A stretch of DNA of 63,258 nucleotides, filler included, from Klebsormidium nitens (taxonomy: Eukaryota > Plantae > Klebsormidiophyceae), in assembly GCA_000708835.1 (NCBI GenBank). It is 4 parts of 4 records of this genome, joined end to end, with 100 filler letters (N's around TTAATTAATTAA, not from the genome) between each part and the next. Parts side by side here need not be neighbours in the genome. Positions count along the whole stretch, not along the records: positions 61,122 to 63,258 come from DF238736.1; 3 more parts are not named here. One strand, given 5' to 3'. Below the pieces are notes generated by a model that had not been told where the DNA came from, did no database searches, and worked only from the letters and a program-made list of their open reading frames with translations. Positions 62,021-63,258 of this stretch are shown here, piece after piece. The translations under genes were made by a program, and so were the position numbers. Numbering within the stretch: position 1 is the first letter of the stretch; each line of letters starts with the position of its first letter.

Positions 62021-62441
62021 GAGCGACACCACTCAGCCTATATGCTGCACAGACCCGACTAAGGCTCCCAAAAGTCCATGCAACTGCTACTGCATGACTC
62101 CTGAGCAGTCGCGATTTCGTGGTGTACCTAGTTGGTTTAATCAAGAGCTACTGACTCCTGAGCTGACCAGTTGCGTATACCGTATGTTGACTTCTCAAAA
62201 GCCCGTGCACCGGTATCATGCAAAGGCTGGGGCTATGGGGCTACAATGCTGATGGTTAGAACCCCGGGGCGTATCCTCTGCTTCTAGTGTTATCAGCTAG
62301 CCCGACGTTGCTTCTGTAGCAGGTCTTCAGGTCTTGAAGACACGGCGTCTTGGAAACCGAGAAGGACCTGATAATTGCAGACAAAACCTGTGAGCAGAAG
62401 CAGGAGAGCGCGTCATTGACCCTTCCCCCCAAGTGGCAGCC

Positions 62442-63036
62442 ATGGCTTCCATCAGCACCGAGAGCAAGAGCGGCATCTCAGTAATGAGCGAAGGGCCCAG
62501 GGAGGGCCCAGGGTTGAAGTCCTACCAGCCCCACGGAGCAAACACACGGAGCCTGCCTGCGGACCCTGTGGGGAAAGGCCGGGTCAAGATCGGATCAATG
62601 AACCATAAGGGGTACGCCGCAGAGGAAACCCGAGGACTTCTACAAGCACTTTGTCATCGAGCTGGTCCCCAACTATGTGCATTCTGCCAATGGGTATGGT
62701 AATGGGCTTAATAACTGTGTTGGCAAGCACCCCCGCATGGAGAATGCCAACATGATCTGGAACATGTTCTACGACATGTACCAGCTGCCACATAACTTCG
62801 GCGTTATGTACACCGGCACTAAGGACGGGTCTGGCAGAGTTACTCAGCGCGAGACACTCGTCCTGGATCGTAACAGCGGGTCGGACTTCGACATGGTGCG
62901 CTGGAACTACAACCGCAAGCCCGCCACAGACATGCCTTTCTTCGTGGCCTTCCCCTTCCCCACGTCCGGGGTGGAGGACCACATTTGGATCGACCTCAAC
63001 TGGCCTATCCGTTGCATCTACATCACAAAGTTCTGA
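62442..63036 (+). pseudogene. Unknown protein; two frames joined by a frameshift or short intron near 62620
   Basis: MASISTESK..KGRVKIG in one frame, then RKPEDFYKHFVIELVPNYV..HIWIDLNWPIRCIYITKF* in the +1 frame, with coding-like C/G-ending codons. Confidence 0.45.
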
Positions 63037-63258
63037 CCCCGAATCCGGAGTGCCTCGGATTCGATTCCGTGGTGTTAACGCATCGTGGGGAGAGAGGTGG
63101 GTATTTCCGAGACGCCCCCGAGTCGATGCAGATTTCCGCAACGTATCCGAGTCACCCGACTGAAAATTACGCCCGCGCGGACCAAAAGATGAAAAGTTCG
63201 ATTCGGCGGAATGCCGGCAACCAGAATCGAACCCATGCCGCTCGAGCGCTAACATACT

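Noticed and set aside
62584-63255. 223 aa minus-strand ORF
   Set aside because: Largely an antisense shadow of the plus-strand coding-like frame; no ATG start or motifs.

Overview
Intron-rich, moderately GC-rich eukaryotic nuclear DNA. Gene content (plastid fibrillin, RLCK-IX/U-box kinase, plant core alpha-1,3-fucosyltransferase) points to a streptophyte alga, Klebsormidium-like; this is inference. There are four assembly gaps, three containing an artificial TTAATTAATTAA six-frame-stop spacer. I built exon models by hand with splice-phase checks. In order: fibrillin (+), CCDC97-like (-), an ~19 kb accessory island holding an orphan 12-exon gene and a spliced viral-type PrimPol/Zn-finger/D5 primase-helicase, a secreted lamin-tail-domain-RNase T2 fusion whose introns carry tandem copies of its own splice junctions, a 12-exon gene fusing a Nup214-like beta-propeller to an RLCK kinase and U-box, a partial Ngaro/DIRS tyrosine-recombinase retrotransposon, a GT10 fucosyltransferase, the 3' part of a decayed chromovirus with a tRNA-like sequence in its 3' region, several MITE-like repeats and GTAC-rich tracts. 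The strongest novelty candidates are the Nup214-propeller-kinase-U-box chimera, the spliced primase-helicase and the LTD-RNase T2 gene. Family assignments come from motifs recalled from memory; no searches were run.
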